Source: the human T2T-CHM13v2.0 reference genome, Homo sapiens
Strand: one strand, 5' to 3'
DNA: 64,000 nt
Assembly (NCBI RefSeq): GCF_009914755.1
Contig: NC_060932.1
This document shows, one piece after another, positions 38,462 through 50,600 of the stretch; the first letter of the stretch is position 1, and each line of letters begins with the position of its first letter. Made by a program: the position numbers and the translations under genes. The notes under the pieces were generated by a model, which was not told the DNA's origin, did no database searches, and saw nothing but the letters and a program-made list of their open reading frames with translations.

Positions 38462-38600
38462 GCTGTCAGGAGCAGTGGCTCACACCTGTCATCCCTGTAC
38501 TTTGGGAGCCTGAGGGCAGCATTGATCCCAGGCAATTGAGACCAGCCTTGGCAACATGGTGAAACCTCATCTCTAGAAAATTACAAAAATTAGCTGGTTT
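38462..38600 (+). mobile_element. Alu left-arm/FLAM-like monomer
   Basis: gcagtggctcacacctgtcatccc ... ggcaacatggtgaaacc ... aaaaattagctgg, then the similarity stops. Confidence 0.72.
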
Positions 38601-38749
38601 CATAATCTGGACTCAAAATTAATAAATAGATTGAAATTTAGAATTTTAAAAAAGTCTTAAATTCTGTATTCTGTTTTTTTTTTTTTTTTTTGCTTCCTAC
38701 CCTGAGTTGGACATAAATATATCTGTTGTCTGTCTGTCTGTCCATCTGT

Positions 38750-39003
38750 TTGTGACAGGGTCTCACTCCATCTGCCACCTAGGCTTGAGTGCAGTGCTAC
38801 CATCACGGCTCACTGCAGCCTCAATCACCCCAGGGTTAGGTGATTCTCCCACTTCAGCCTTCTGAGTAGCTGTGACCACAGGCAAGCACCTCAGGCTTTG
38901 GCTCTGTTGTCCAAAGCTGGTTTGAGCTCCCGGGCTCAAGCGATCCTACTGCCTCGGCCTCCCAAAGTGTTGGGTTTGCCAGCGTGAGCCACCACACCTG
39001 GCC
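38750..39003 (-). mobile_element. AluJ-like element
   Basis: gacagggtctcactc ... ggctcactgcagcctc ... ctcccgggctcaagcgatcct ... gtgagccaccacacctggcc. Confidence 0.82.
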
Positions 39004-39574
39004 TGACTTAATACATCTAGTCGCACTACATCCTAACCACATGTCTTTGAAGAACTCGATTCAAGAGAGAGTCAGCAAGAGAGGTTCAGCATTCTATCCC
39101 TAAAGCAGTGAGGTTGGTGATGGCAGAGTTTTCCGTGCTTCTGTGGTTTTAGGTGTCCAAGCATAGAGGATAGATTTCAAATGTTTCCGGAGAGGTGCGA
39201 GCCACAGTCATTCATGGCATCTGAGTTCGGGTTGGGGTTTCTGACAGTGCCTTAAGGGCCAGGATCTGCTAAGGCCCGTGTTCTAGGGTGGGGACGTTGG
39301 AATCCAAGGTAGAGGGAGCAATCAGTCCACACTGAGCTCCTGCCCTAGGCCCCACCATGCAGACCAAATCAGAAGGAACAGTCCCTTGTCCTCATGCCAC
39401 ATCCATCCACTGAACTTGAGATCGGATTTGTTTTCCAAACATGAGGTGACTCTTGGTTTGAAATGTATGACAAGGGGCCTGGCTTTCCTGAGTTGGCAGG
39501 ATAAAGAAGTCATTCTGTGGCATAGAATGAGATGTGCCTTGAATCTAAAATCTCCAGTTAAAACCAATGATGGT

Positions 39575-40360
<786 letters not shown>

Positions 40361-40879
40361 ATGAATGTATATAAAAAGAAAAATGCAAGGAAATAGCGGA
40401 GCACGAGAAGGCTCCACTCATTACAAAAGACCAGAGCAGAAAAATAGGGTCATCAGGTTGAGACACAGGCCATTTTGAATCTGTTGTCACCATGCCCAGG
40501 TTTCTGTGCCTCCCGTCTGTCATCACCGATCTCGTCAAGTACAATTGCTGGGTCATGACTACACAGAGATCTTTCAGTCTACCAAATGTGTCCGTACTTT
40601 CACTAGCCTGGTTGGGAGAATAAAAAGCACATTTAGCAAAGTACTCATTGTACGTTCATTGGTCTCCCATGTCTCTCATGAAACCAATCAAATTCATAGT
40701 CTGTTTTTTTTTTCCAGCCCTCAACTGTCCACAATATACCAAAATAAACGAACAGTGAATACATTTTTTGCAACAAGGAGGAAAAACAACAAAGCAAAAG
40801 TCTCAGAGGCTTGTGATACACAGGGGGATACAGAATGAGGAGACTCTTCCAGAATCCACACAAAGACAGACAGATGGAG

Positions 40880-41125
40880 GGATGGCAGGAAACAGATTGA
40901 GAAAATAGAGTAAAAACGATCAAGAAAAATAAATGTAAAGAAAAAAAGACAAAGATGTAAAGGGAAGAAAGATGAAAAAGAAAATAGAAAGACAGAGAAA
41001 CAAAGAAAAAGAATGACAAATGAGAGAAAGAAGGGAGGAAGAAAGAGAGAAGAAAGAAAAAGAAAGAAAGAAAAGGAAAGAAAGAAAGAGAAAGAAAAAA
41101 GAAAAATGAAGGAAATAAAAAAGAG
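40880..41125 (+). repeat. Polypurine (GA-rich) IGS tract
   Basis: G/A low-complexity sequence. Confidence 0.88.
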
Positions 41126-42040
41126 GGCAGTGCATCATGGCTTACGCCTATAATCCCAACACTTTAGGAGGCTGAGATGGAAGAATCACTTGAGTCCAGC
41201 AGTTTGAGACCAGCCCTGGCAACACAGTGAGGCCACGTCACTACTTAAAAAAAAATTAAAAAGTTAGCCAGGTGTGATGGCAGGTGCCTGTAGTTTCAGC
41301 TCCTTTGGAGCCTGAGGTGGGAGCATCACTTGGGCTCGGGTGGTGGAGGCTGTGGTGGGCCTTGGTCAGGCAAATGCACTGCACCTGTTGCCCAGGCTGG
41401 TCTCGAACTCATGGGCTCTAACGAACTGCCTGCTTCAGCCTCTGAACTTGCACCTGCCATGTCCAACGGCCTTGGGGGTATCAGTGACACATTTTAGTAG
41501 ACACGGTGTTATGCCTCATTGCCCAGGTTGGTCTCGAACTTGAACCCGGGAATTTGAGGCTACAGGGAGCCAAGGTCATGCCATTTAATGGCAGTCTGGG
41601 TGATAGAGCAAGACTCCATCTCTAAATAACTAGATAAATAGCAAAAACAATAACAATAATCACAATAATACAAAGAAATAATAAACAACAGCAATAGCAA
41701 TATACAAACTAGTGGAAGTGAAAAATATAAAAATATAAAAGGTAATTTAGATCACAATTAATTGTAATTTCAAGGAGTTATTTCTTTAACCTGTCTCTCT
41801 TACTTTCTGAAACAGGATCTTTCTCTGTTACTCAGGCTGGAGGGCAATGGCGTGATCACAGCTCACTGCAGCTTCGACATCCCAGAATCAAGCGATTCCT
41901 GCAGTCTCAGCCACTTAGAAGGCTGAGATGGCAAGATCACCTGAGGGAGCCCAGGAATGTCAAGGTTGTGGTGAGCCGAGATTGCATTCTCACACTCCAA
42001 CCTGTCTCAAAAAAGAAAAGAAAAGAAAAGAAAAAAGTAA
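41126..42040. mobile_element. Cluster of AluJ-like elements and fragments in both orientations
   Basis: AluJ on + at ~41126-41385, scrambled pieces at ~41385-41625, minus-strand fragment at ~41810-41910, plus-strand fragment at ~41915-42040. Confidence 0.72.
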
Positions 42041-42273
42041 ATGTAAAACAACAGCAACTTCAGTGTGTAGAAAGAGAAGTAAGAAAAGTAAAAGAAAAAA
42101 GAAACAAAATGAAAAGCAACTGAAAGTACTGTGGAAACAATTGGAGAGGAAGAAACGGCTTACTGAAATAGCGACATCTAATGGATGCAGCTGGTAGTGC
42201 TGCCTACCAATGTCAACTGTTCTACCTTAGAAATCCCAATTTGATGGTCAAGTCCAACGCTCACCGCAGACAT

Positions 42274-42407
42274 CTGGCTGACCAGGCGCTCGCGGATGGA
42301 AGCGTTCAGACCCAGTTGGAAACTTTTCACACCGAGCCGGCCCACTTTTGCAGCCATCTAACTCCACCGACCTGCCCGCCGTTCCCCCACTGTCCACTGG
42401 TTGACCG
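42274..42407 (-). terminator. Degenerate Pol I terminator Sal boxes (T1-like at 42397-42407; second at 42274-42284)
   Basis: Minus strand CCTTTCCTCCTCTCTCCGCCC-CGGTCAACCAG (9/11 to GGGTCGACCAG, preceded by the expected pyrimidine tract) and TGGTCAGCCAG (8/11), just downstream of the 3'ETS. Confidence 0.7.
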
Positions 42408-42930
42408 GGGCGGAGAGAGGAGGAAAGGCACAAGGGCAGTGAGTGGCTCATATCCCATCCCCGTGCACCTGGGAGGGGGAGAGGGGCTGTGACCCCAACG
42501 GCCAGTACCGGGCATGAGTGAACACTACTCGAACAGGGACTGCAGGGGTACACCCCCCCGACACCCACGCCTCAGCCATTCTCACCAGGCTCAAGGAATC
42601 CGATCCCAGCCCCAGTGGGGTGTGGGGAGGAGGCGGAATCAGAGAGGCAGAACGACGAGCAGGGGCGCCACCTCTACCTCAGCAACCCCCGGCGCGGCAC
42701 TTTGCAAAGCCCATGGGTGGGGACGGGCACCTCCCAAATGTACAGTGGGCACCGATAGGCTCTCGCTAGAGACACCAACTGCGTGCCCCGGGGATCCGGG
42801 GCGGGTGGGCGGGCATGAGTGGGCCAGGGAACGAGGTCCCCGGGGGCAACAGGAGGGAGGAAGGAAGGTAGAAGTCAAGCACTGAATTACACAGGACACG
42901 CCACATCACCAGGTCCCCCCCACACGAGTG
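42408..42930 (-). pseudogene. 3' external transcribed spacer homologue
   Basis: GC-rich, directly follows the 28S 3' end, and contains TTCCGCCTCCTCCCC (recalled human TTCCCGCCTCCTCCCC). Confidence 0.75.
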
Positions 42931-43459
42931 GAGAGACCCCTGTTTGGAGGTCTGACTTTCAATAGATCACAGCGAGGGAGTTGCTCTGCTCCATAGAAAA
43001 CCCTAATCCAGAAGCAGGGTGTCTACAAATAGTTTAGCATCAGATTCCCCACAAACCTGTTATGTGATGGGTCAGGGGATGACCGCATTTCTGGCAGCAG
43101 CCCATTTCCCAGGACGGGGGGCTCTCTGCACCGGACCTCAGTTCCCGCCGCGCGTTGGGACATGCCCCACATTGGGCAGGGCAGACCGCCAGCAGGGACA
43201 GCAGAGGACCGGCTATCCGAGGCCAACCAAGGCCCCACAGCCCTGCCATATCCTTCCGTGGGATTCTGACTTAGGGGCGTTGGGTCATAATCCCACAGAT
43301 AGTGGCTTTACCCCATTGGCTCCTCAACCAAGCACACACACCAAATGTCTGAACCTGTGGTTCCTCTTGTACTGAGCAGATTACCGTGGTAGCATCACAT
43401 GGGCAAAACACATGGGGAACACACACAGTAAAACTAACCTGTCTCACATGGGTCTAACC
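42931..43459 (-). pseudogene. 28S rRNA pseudogene fragment (3'-terminal ~530 nt)
   Basis: Minus strand GTGAGACAGGTTAGTTTTAC ... CTCAGTACAAGAGGAACCACAGGTTCAGACATTTGGTG ... GAGGAGCCAATGGGG ... CTGTGGGATTATGAC ... CTAAGTCAGAATCCC ... TTGGCCTCGGATAGCCGGTCC ... CTCCCTCGCTGTGATCTATTGAAAGTCAG. The sarcin-ricin loop is mutated. Confidence 0.96.
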
Positions 43460-43542
43460 ATGATGCTTTCCAGGGCATGCGCACCACTTTTGGGTGAATC
43501 CATTTCAGTTTGCCTTGCCCTTCACAAAGAAAAGAGAACTCT

Positions 43543-44130
<588 letters not shown>

Positions 44131-44249
44131 TATGTGTTTGTTTTTTAAATCTATCTTCCTACGGTCATAAGAATTCTCATTAATTTTGCTTAAAGCTCCT
44201 GGAGAGAAAAGCCTTTATTATTGTCATTGTAAGAGTAGAAAAAGTAGAG

Positions 44250-44545
44250 TTCTTTTTTTTTTTTTTCTTTTGAGACACAATTTCGCTCTTTTTGCCAGGC
44301 TGGAGTGCAATGGCCCATTCAGCTCACTGCAACCTCCACCTCCCAGGTTCAAGCAATTCTTCTGGCTCAGCCTCCCAAGTAGCTCAGATTACAGACATGC
44401 GCCACCACTCCTGGATAAGTTTATATTTTTATTAGAGTTGGGGTTTCACCATGTTGGTAAGGCTGGTCTCAAACTCTGACCTCAGGTGATTCACCTGCCT
44501 TGGCGTCTCAAAGTGCTGGGATCACAGGCATTAGCTGCTGTGTCC

Positions 44546-44576
<31 letters not shown>

Positions 44577-45200
44577 CTCTGACAGCATCTCTTTCTATTG
44601 CCCAGGCTGGAACACAGTGGCACAAGTATAGCTCACTGCAGCATCAAACTCCTGGATCTCAAGCAATCTTCCTGGCTCAGCCTCCCAAGTGGCTAGGAAT
44701 ACAGGTGCATACCACCAAGCCCAGGTAATTTTTTTAAAAACAAAACTGTCTCAACATGGGTATTTTTCTTTTTTTGCAGAGATGATATCTCACTATGTTG
44801 CCCAGGCTGGTCTCAAACTCCCCATCTCAAGCCATCCTTCCACTTTAGCCTCCCAAAGTGCTAGGAATACAGGGGTGAGCCACCGCATGCAGCCCTAAGA
44901 GCTCTTTTTTTGTGTGTGTCTGACAGTCTTGCTCTGTCAACCAGGCTGGAGTGCAGTGACATGATCTCAGCTCACTGCAACCTCTGCCTCCCAGGTTCAA
45001 GCAATCTCCCGCCTCAGCCTCCTGAGTAATTAGAATTACAGACACATGCCACCAGACTCGGCTAATTTTTGTATTTTTAGCAGACACTAGGTTTCATCAT
45101 GTTGGCCAGGCTGATCTTGTGAACTCCTGACCTCAAGTGATCCACCTGTGATGGCCTCCCAAAGTGCTGAGATTATGGGCGTGAGCCACCACATCCAGCC
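44250..45200 (-). mobile_element. Three tandem antisense Alus (AluS ~44250-44545, AluJ ~44550-44895, AluS ~44905-45200)
   Basis: Three reverse-complement Alu dimers, each led by poly(T). Confidence 0.88.
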
Positions 45201-45587
45201 ACCAAGAACTCCTTAAATGCACATAGTGTCACAAAAGTGGCTCATGCAGGGAAATTTGTGGTGGATTTGGGGAAAATTAGGGCAAATTTTAAACATGTGA
45301 CCTTTTATCAGATCACCTACATTTCTTGGATTCTATGTGGGTTTGTCGCAGATGCTTAATGTGACAAATTACACAGCTTCTATCACTTCATTTGATCAGC
45401 CTCCTGTTGACTTTTAGCCAAGTCCTGCAGGGCTGCTTCTCAGATTTTATCTTTCTGCAAGACAAAGATGTTTTCACAGTCTCTCTCTAACTTCCCCCTT
45501 TTGTGGCTATTAATTTATACTTATATGTTTTTCAACTCCTTATTTTTGTTTTCTCTTTATGAAAGCTTTAACCTGTGTGAATTTTGT

Positions 45588-45900
45588 AAATATATAAATA
45601 TATCATATTATATTATAAATATATATTTATATAGATATATAAATATATCATGTTACATTATAAATATATATTTATATTTATATAAATAAAACAAAATATA
45701 TAAAGAAAATATAAACAGATATAAATGTAAAAATAAATATAAACTATATACAAAATATAAAATATATTTTATAAAAATATAAAAATATGTAAAAATAAAT
45801 ATAAAAATTTTAAATAAATATAAATAAAATAAGTTATATAAATATTTATATAAATATTAGAAATATAATATTATGAATATATATTTTTTAAATAAATGAA
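45588..45900. repeat. AT-rich low-complexity tract
   Basis: ~310 bp almost entirely A/T, including a short internal duplication (tatataaatatatcat.tta.attataaatatatatttatat twice). Confidence 0.9.
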
Positions 45901-46419
45901 TAGGATTCATCACCTAACTTCTAAAGCTACTTCTCTAGATGAAATTCCAGGTACTTTGGAGTCAGCAATGGTATATTGAGTGCATGGCTCTTGCTCACAG
46001 GTGTTTCTTTCCTGTCCCATGGCAGGCAGCACCAACAGAAGGCTTCTGAGAAGCTGAGAGCTATTTTTACCCATGGAACAGGAGCAAAGTTTGCAGCTAC
46101 ACTATCAGGCTGTGTTAGGATGTTAGCAGTTAGTTTAGCTTTGAGTCTTCAGAGCAATTGTTCTTAGCTACAGAAAAAAAAATCACACCCATAAAGCACT
46201 TGCTGCTCTGCAGGATGGGAGCACACTCTGTTGTCGGGGCATTTGAGGTCCCCTGGCATGTGTTTTTGATGTTTATTGCTATCAGGGATACCCCTGTAGA
46301 ACTTCTGATAGCTGTTTCCCAGAAAGGACAGCATTAGAGATAATGAGTGCCAGAGGCAGAGAACAGTCCAGTGCTAGATCCTTGGGCTGCTATCTCAGAC
46401 ATTTGCTTATTTATTAAAT

Positions 46420-46863
46420 TTTTTTTTCTGTTTTTTTTTGGAGATGGGGTCTATGTTGTCCAGGCAGGTCTTGAACTCCTGAGCTCAAGCAGTCCTCCCA
46501 CCTTGGCCTCCTAAAGTGCTGGGATTACAGGCATGAGCCACCATGTCCAGCTGTTATTATTATCGTTATTATTATTATTTTGAAGCAGAGTTTTGCTCTT
46601 GTTGCCTAGGCTGGAGTGCAATGGCAAACCTAGGCTCACTGCGACTGTCACCTCCTGGGTTCAAGCAATTCTACTGCCTCAGCCTCCCGAGTAGCTGGGA
46701 TTACAGATGCCTGTCATCATTCCCAACTAAGGTTTGTATTTTTAGTAGAGATGAGGTTCCACCTTGTTCAAGGCTGTTTTCAAACTTCTGACTTTAGGTG
46801 AACCACCCACCTTGGCCTCACAAAGTGCTGGGATTACAGGCATGAGCCACCGTACCTGGCCCT
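46420..46863 (-). mobile_element. Alu left-arm monomer (~46420-46550) plus AluSq-like element (~46562-46863)
   Basis: The second Alu is flanked by the TSD agctgttattatt (46549-46561 and 46864-46876). Confidence 0.85.
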
Positions 46864-46876
46864 AGCTGTTATTATT

Positions 46877-47160
46877 TTTCATTGATACCTAATACATATT
46901 TAATTGATACCTAATCCATATTTATAGGGTACATTGTGATATTTTTATACATATTTACAATGTATAAGGATCAAATCAGGGTAATTAGTATACACATCAC
47001 CTCAAACATTTATCATTTCATGGTGTTGAGATGTTCAAAATCTGCTGTTCTAGCTATTTGAAAATGTACAATAAATTGTTAATTATAGTCACCCTATAGT
47101 GCTTTAAAGAACTAGAACTTAATCCCCCTATCTAGCTGTACTTTGGTATCCATTAAACAA
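46877..47160 (-). mobile_element. Old L1 (L1MA/L1PB-like) 3' end
   Basis: catatttatagggtacattgtgata ... gatcaaatcagggtaattag ... catcacctcaaacatttatcatt ... ctagctatttgaaaat ... atagtcacccta, typical of older L1 3'UTRs. Confidence 0.75.
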
Positions 47161-47166
47161 ATTTTA

Positions 47167-47300
47167 GGCTGTGCATTTTGGTTCATGCCTATAATCCCAG
47201 CACTTCAGGAGGCCGAGGTAGGTGGATCACCTGAGGTCAGGAATTCAAGACCAGCCTAGACAACATAACAAAACCCTTCTAAAAAATAATAAAAGGAAAG
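47167..47300 (+). mobile_element. Alu left-arm fragment
   Basis: catgcctataatcccagcacttcaggaggccgagg ... gatcacctgaggtcagg. Confidence 0.8.
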
Positions 47301-47304
47301 AAAA

Positions 47305-47590
47305 TAAAATTTAAAATTTTCTTCATTGATCATTCAGGAGCATATTGTTTAATTTCCATGTGTTTGTACAATTTCAAAAGTTCACTTTGTTGTTGAGTTC
47401 TAGTTTTATTTAATTGTGGTCAGGAAAGATACTCGGTATAATTTCAATTATTTTAAATTTGCTGAGACTTGTTTTGTGGCCTAACGTATGGTCTATTCTG
47501 GAGAATGTTTCTTGTGCTAATGAAAGAACATGTTTTCTGCATCAGTTGGATGAAATGTTGTTAATGTCTCTTTATTAGTCTAAAATGCAT
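47305..47590 (-). mobile_element. Old L1 ORF2 (endonuclease-region) fragment
   Basis: cattcaggagcatattgtttaatttccatg ... tgtggtcag ... ttgctgagacttgttttgtggcctaac ... ctattctggagaatgtt. Confidence 0.75.
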
Positions 47591-47601
47591 TTGTTTTTTT
47601 T

Positions 47602-47667
47602 GAGCTGCAGTGAGCCAAGATACCACTCCACTCCAACCTTGGCAAAAGAGCGAGACAAAAAAAAAAT
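47602..47667 (+). mobile_element. Severely 5'-truncated Alu 3' end fused to alpha satellite
   Basis: gagctgcagtgagccaagat ... ccactccaaccttggcaaaagagcgagac plus poly(A), running directly into tctagaaaaaagctgtctgtg. Confidence 0.8.
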
Positions 47668-50600
47668 CTAGAAAAAAGCTGTCTGTGAAACTGCTTTGTG
47701 ATGTGTGCATTCAGCTCACAAAGTTAAATCTTCTTTTGTTTCAGCAATTTGCAAACACTCTTTGTGTAGAATATGCGAATGGACATTTTGGAGTGCAGTA
47801 AGGCTTATAGTGAAAAACAGAATTTCCCATGATAAAAATTAGAAAGAAGCTATCTATGAAACTGCTTTTTAATGCGTGGATTAATCTCACAGAGTTAAAC
47901 ATTTCTTTTGGTATAGTTGTTTTGAAACACTCTTTTGGTAGAATCTGCAAAGGGACATTTTGAAGTGCTGTAACACCTACAGTGAAAAACAAAATATCCC
48001 ATGATAAAAATTAGAAAGAAGTCATCTGTGAAATTGCTTTGTGAGCTGTGCATTCATCTAACAGAGTTAAATCTTACCTTTGATTCAGCAGTTTGGAAAC
48101 ACTCTTTTTGTAGAATCTACAAAGGGACATTTCAGAGGGCAATCAGGCCTGTAGTGTAAAAAAGAATATTATGCAATAAAAACCAGAAAGAAGCTATCTG
48201 TGGAACTGCTTTGTGATATGTGGATTCAGCTCACAGAGTTAAACTTTTATTTGAGTCAGCACTTTGAAAACATTCTTTCTTTAGAATCTTCAAAGGGACA
48301 TTTCAGAGAGCTGTAAGGCCTATAGTGAAAAACAAAATATCCCATGGTAAAAACTGGAAAGAATTCATTTCTGAAACTGCTTTTTGAAGTCTGCATTCAC
48401 CTCACAGCATAAAACCTTTCTTGTGATTCAGCAGTTTGGAAACACTCTTTTTGTAGAATCTGTGAAGATACATTTCAGAGCACAGTAAGGCCTGTAGTGA
48501 AAAACCAAATATCTTGTGACAAAATCAAAAAAGATGCTATCATGAAACTGAATTGTGATGTCTGGATTCAACTTACAGAGTTAAATCTGTCTTTTGATTC
48601 AGCGGTATGGAAACACTTTTTTTTGTAGGATCTGTGAGGGACATTTTGGATCCCACTAGGCCTATAGTAAAAAAACAATTATTCCTAGATAAAAACTAGA
48701 AAGAAGCTATCCATGAAAATGATTTGTAATGTGTGCTTTCAGGTCACAGAGTAAAACCTTACTTTTGATTCAGCAGCTTGGAGATCCTCTTTCTGAAGAA
48801 TCCACACAGGGACATTTCAGAGCCCACTTTGCCTAAAAACTGAATAGCACCAAATATCCCTAGATAAAAACTAGAAAAAATTATCTATTAAACTGCTTTG
48901 TGTTGTGTGAAATCAGCTCACAGAGATATACCTTTCTATTTTACAGCAAGTTAAAAACACTCTTTTTGTAGATTCTGTGAAGGGACATTTTGGTATGCAC
49001 TGAGGCCTATAGTGAAAAACAGAATAACCCATGATAAAAACTAGAAAAAAGCTATCTGTGAAACTACACTGTGATGAGTGTATTTAGTTCACACAGTTTA
49101 AACTTTCTTTTGATTCAGGAATTTAGAAACCCTCTCTTTGTAGAATCTGAGAAAGGGACATTTCAGAGCACAGTAAGACCTATGGTGAAAAACCAAATAT
49201 CCCAAGATAAAAACTAGAAAGAAGCTATCTATGAAACTGCTTCATGATGTGTCCATTCAGCTCACTGAGATAACACTTACATTTGATTCATCAGTTTGGC
49301 AACATTCTTTTTGTAGAATCTGTGAAGGAACATTTCAGAGGTTATTGAGGTCTATAGTAAAAGACTGAATATCATGCAATAAAATCTCGAAAGAAGCTAT
49401 CTGTGAAACTGCTTTCTGATGTCTGGATTCAGCCCAAATGGTTAAAGCTTTCTATTGATTCAGCAGTTTGGAAACACTCTTTTTGTAGAAACTGTGAAGG
49501 GACATTTCAGACATCAGTAAGGCTGATAGTGAAAACCCGAATACTCCACGAAAAAAACTAGAAAGGAGCTATCTTTGAAACTGCGTTGTGAAGTGTACAT
49601 TCAGCTCACAGAGTCAAATCTTTCTGTTGATTCAGCAGTTTAGAAAGGCTCTTTGTACAATATGCAAAAGGACATTTCAGAGCCAACTGAAACCTGTAGT
49701 GAAAAACCAAATATGCCTAGATAAAAACTAGAAAAAATCTACCTGTGAAACTTCTTCGCAATGTGTTCATTAAGCTCACAGAATTAAACCTTCCTTTTAA
49801 TTCAGCAGTTTGGAAACATGCTCTTGGTAGACTCTGTGAAGGTACATTTCACATAACACTGAGGCCTCTAATTAAAAACTGAATATTCTGTGATAAAATC
49901 TAGAAAGAAGCTATCTAGGAAACTGTTTTGTGATGTTTGGATTCAGCTCCCAGAGTTAATTTTTTTTTTTTCTTGCTTCAGCAGTTTGCAACACTTTTTC
50001 TGTAGAACTTGCAGAGGGACATTTTGGAGCCCACTAGGCTTAAAAACCGAATGTCAGTAAATAATTTTAGATAAAATGTGGAAAGAAGCTGTCTCTTAAA
50101 CTGCTTTGTGATGTGTGCATTCAGGTCACAGAGATAAACCTTACTTTTGTTTCAGCAGTTTGAAGACACTCCTTTTGTAGAATCAGTGAAGGGACCATTC
50201 AGAGCTCACTAGGCCTATAATGAAAAACAAAATATCACTAAATAAAAACTAGAAAGAAGTTATCTGTGAAACTGCTTTGTGATGTATGCATTCAGCTCAG
50301 AGAATTAAACCTTTTTTTTTTTTTTTGATTCAGCACATTGAAAACACTCTAGTTGAAGAATCTGCAAAGGGATGTTTCAGAGTGCAGTAAGACCTATAGT
50401 AAAAAGAAAAAAAAAACAAATATCCCATAATGAAAACTAGAAATAATCTATCCTTCAAACTATTATGTGATGTGTGTACTCAGCTCACAGGGTTAATTTT
50501 CTTTTGATTCAGCTCTTTGGAAACACTCCTTTTGTAGAATTTGTGAAGGGATTTTTTGGATTGCAGTGAGGTCTATAGTAGAAAACAAAATATCCTGCAA

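Noticed and set aside
42931-43459. Functional rRNA gene or retroposed 28S fragment
   Set aside because: Only the last ~530 nt with a mutated sarcin-ricin loop, so not functional. It continues into 3'ETS and IGS with no poly(A) or TSD, so not a simple retrocopy.
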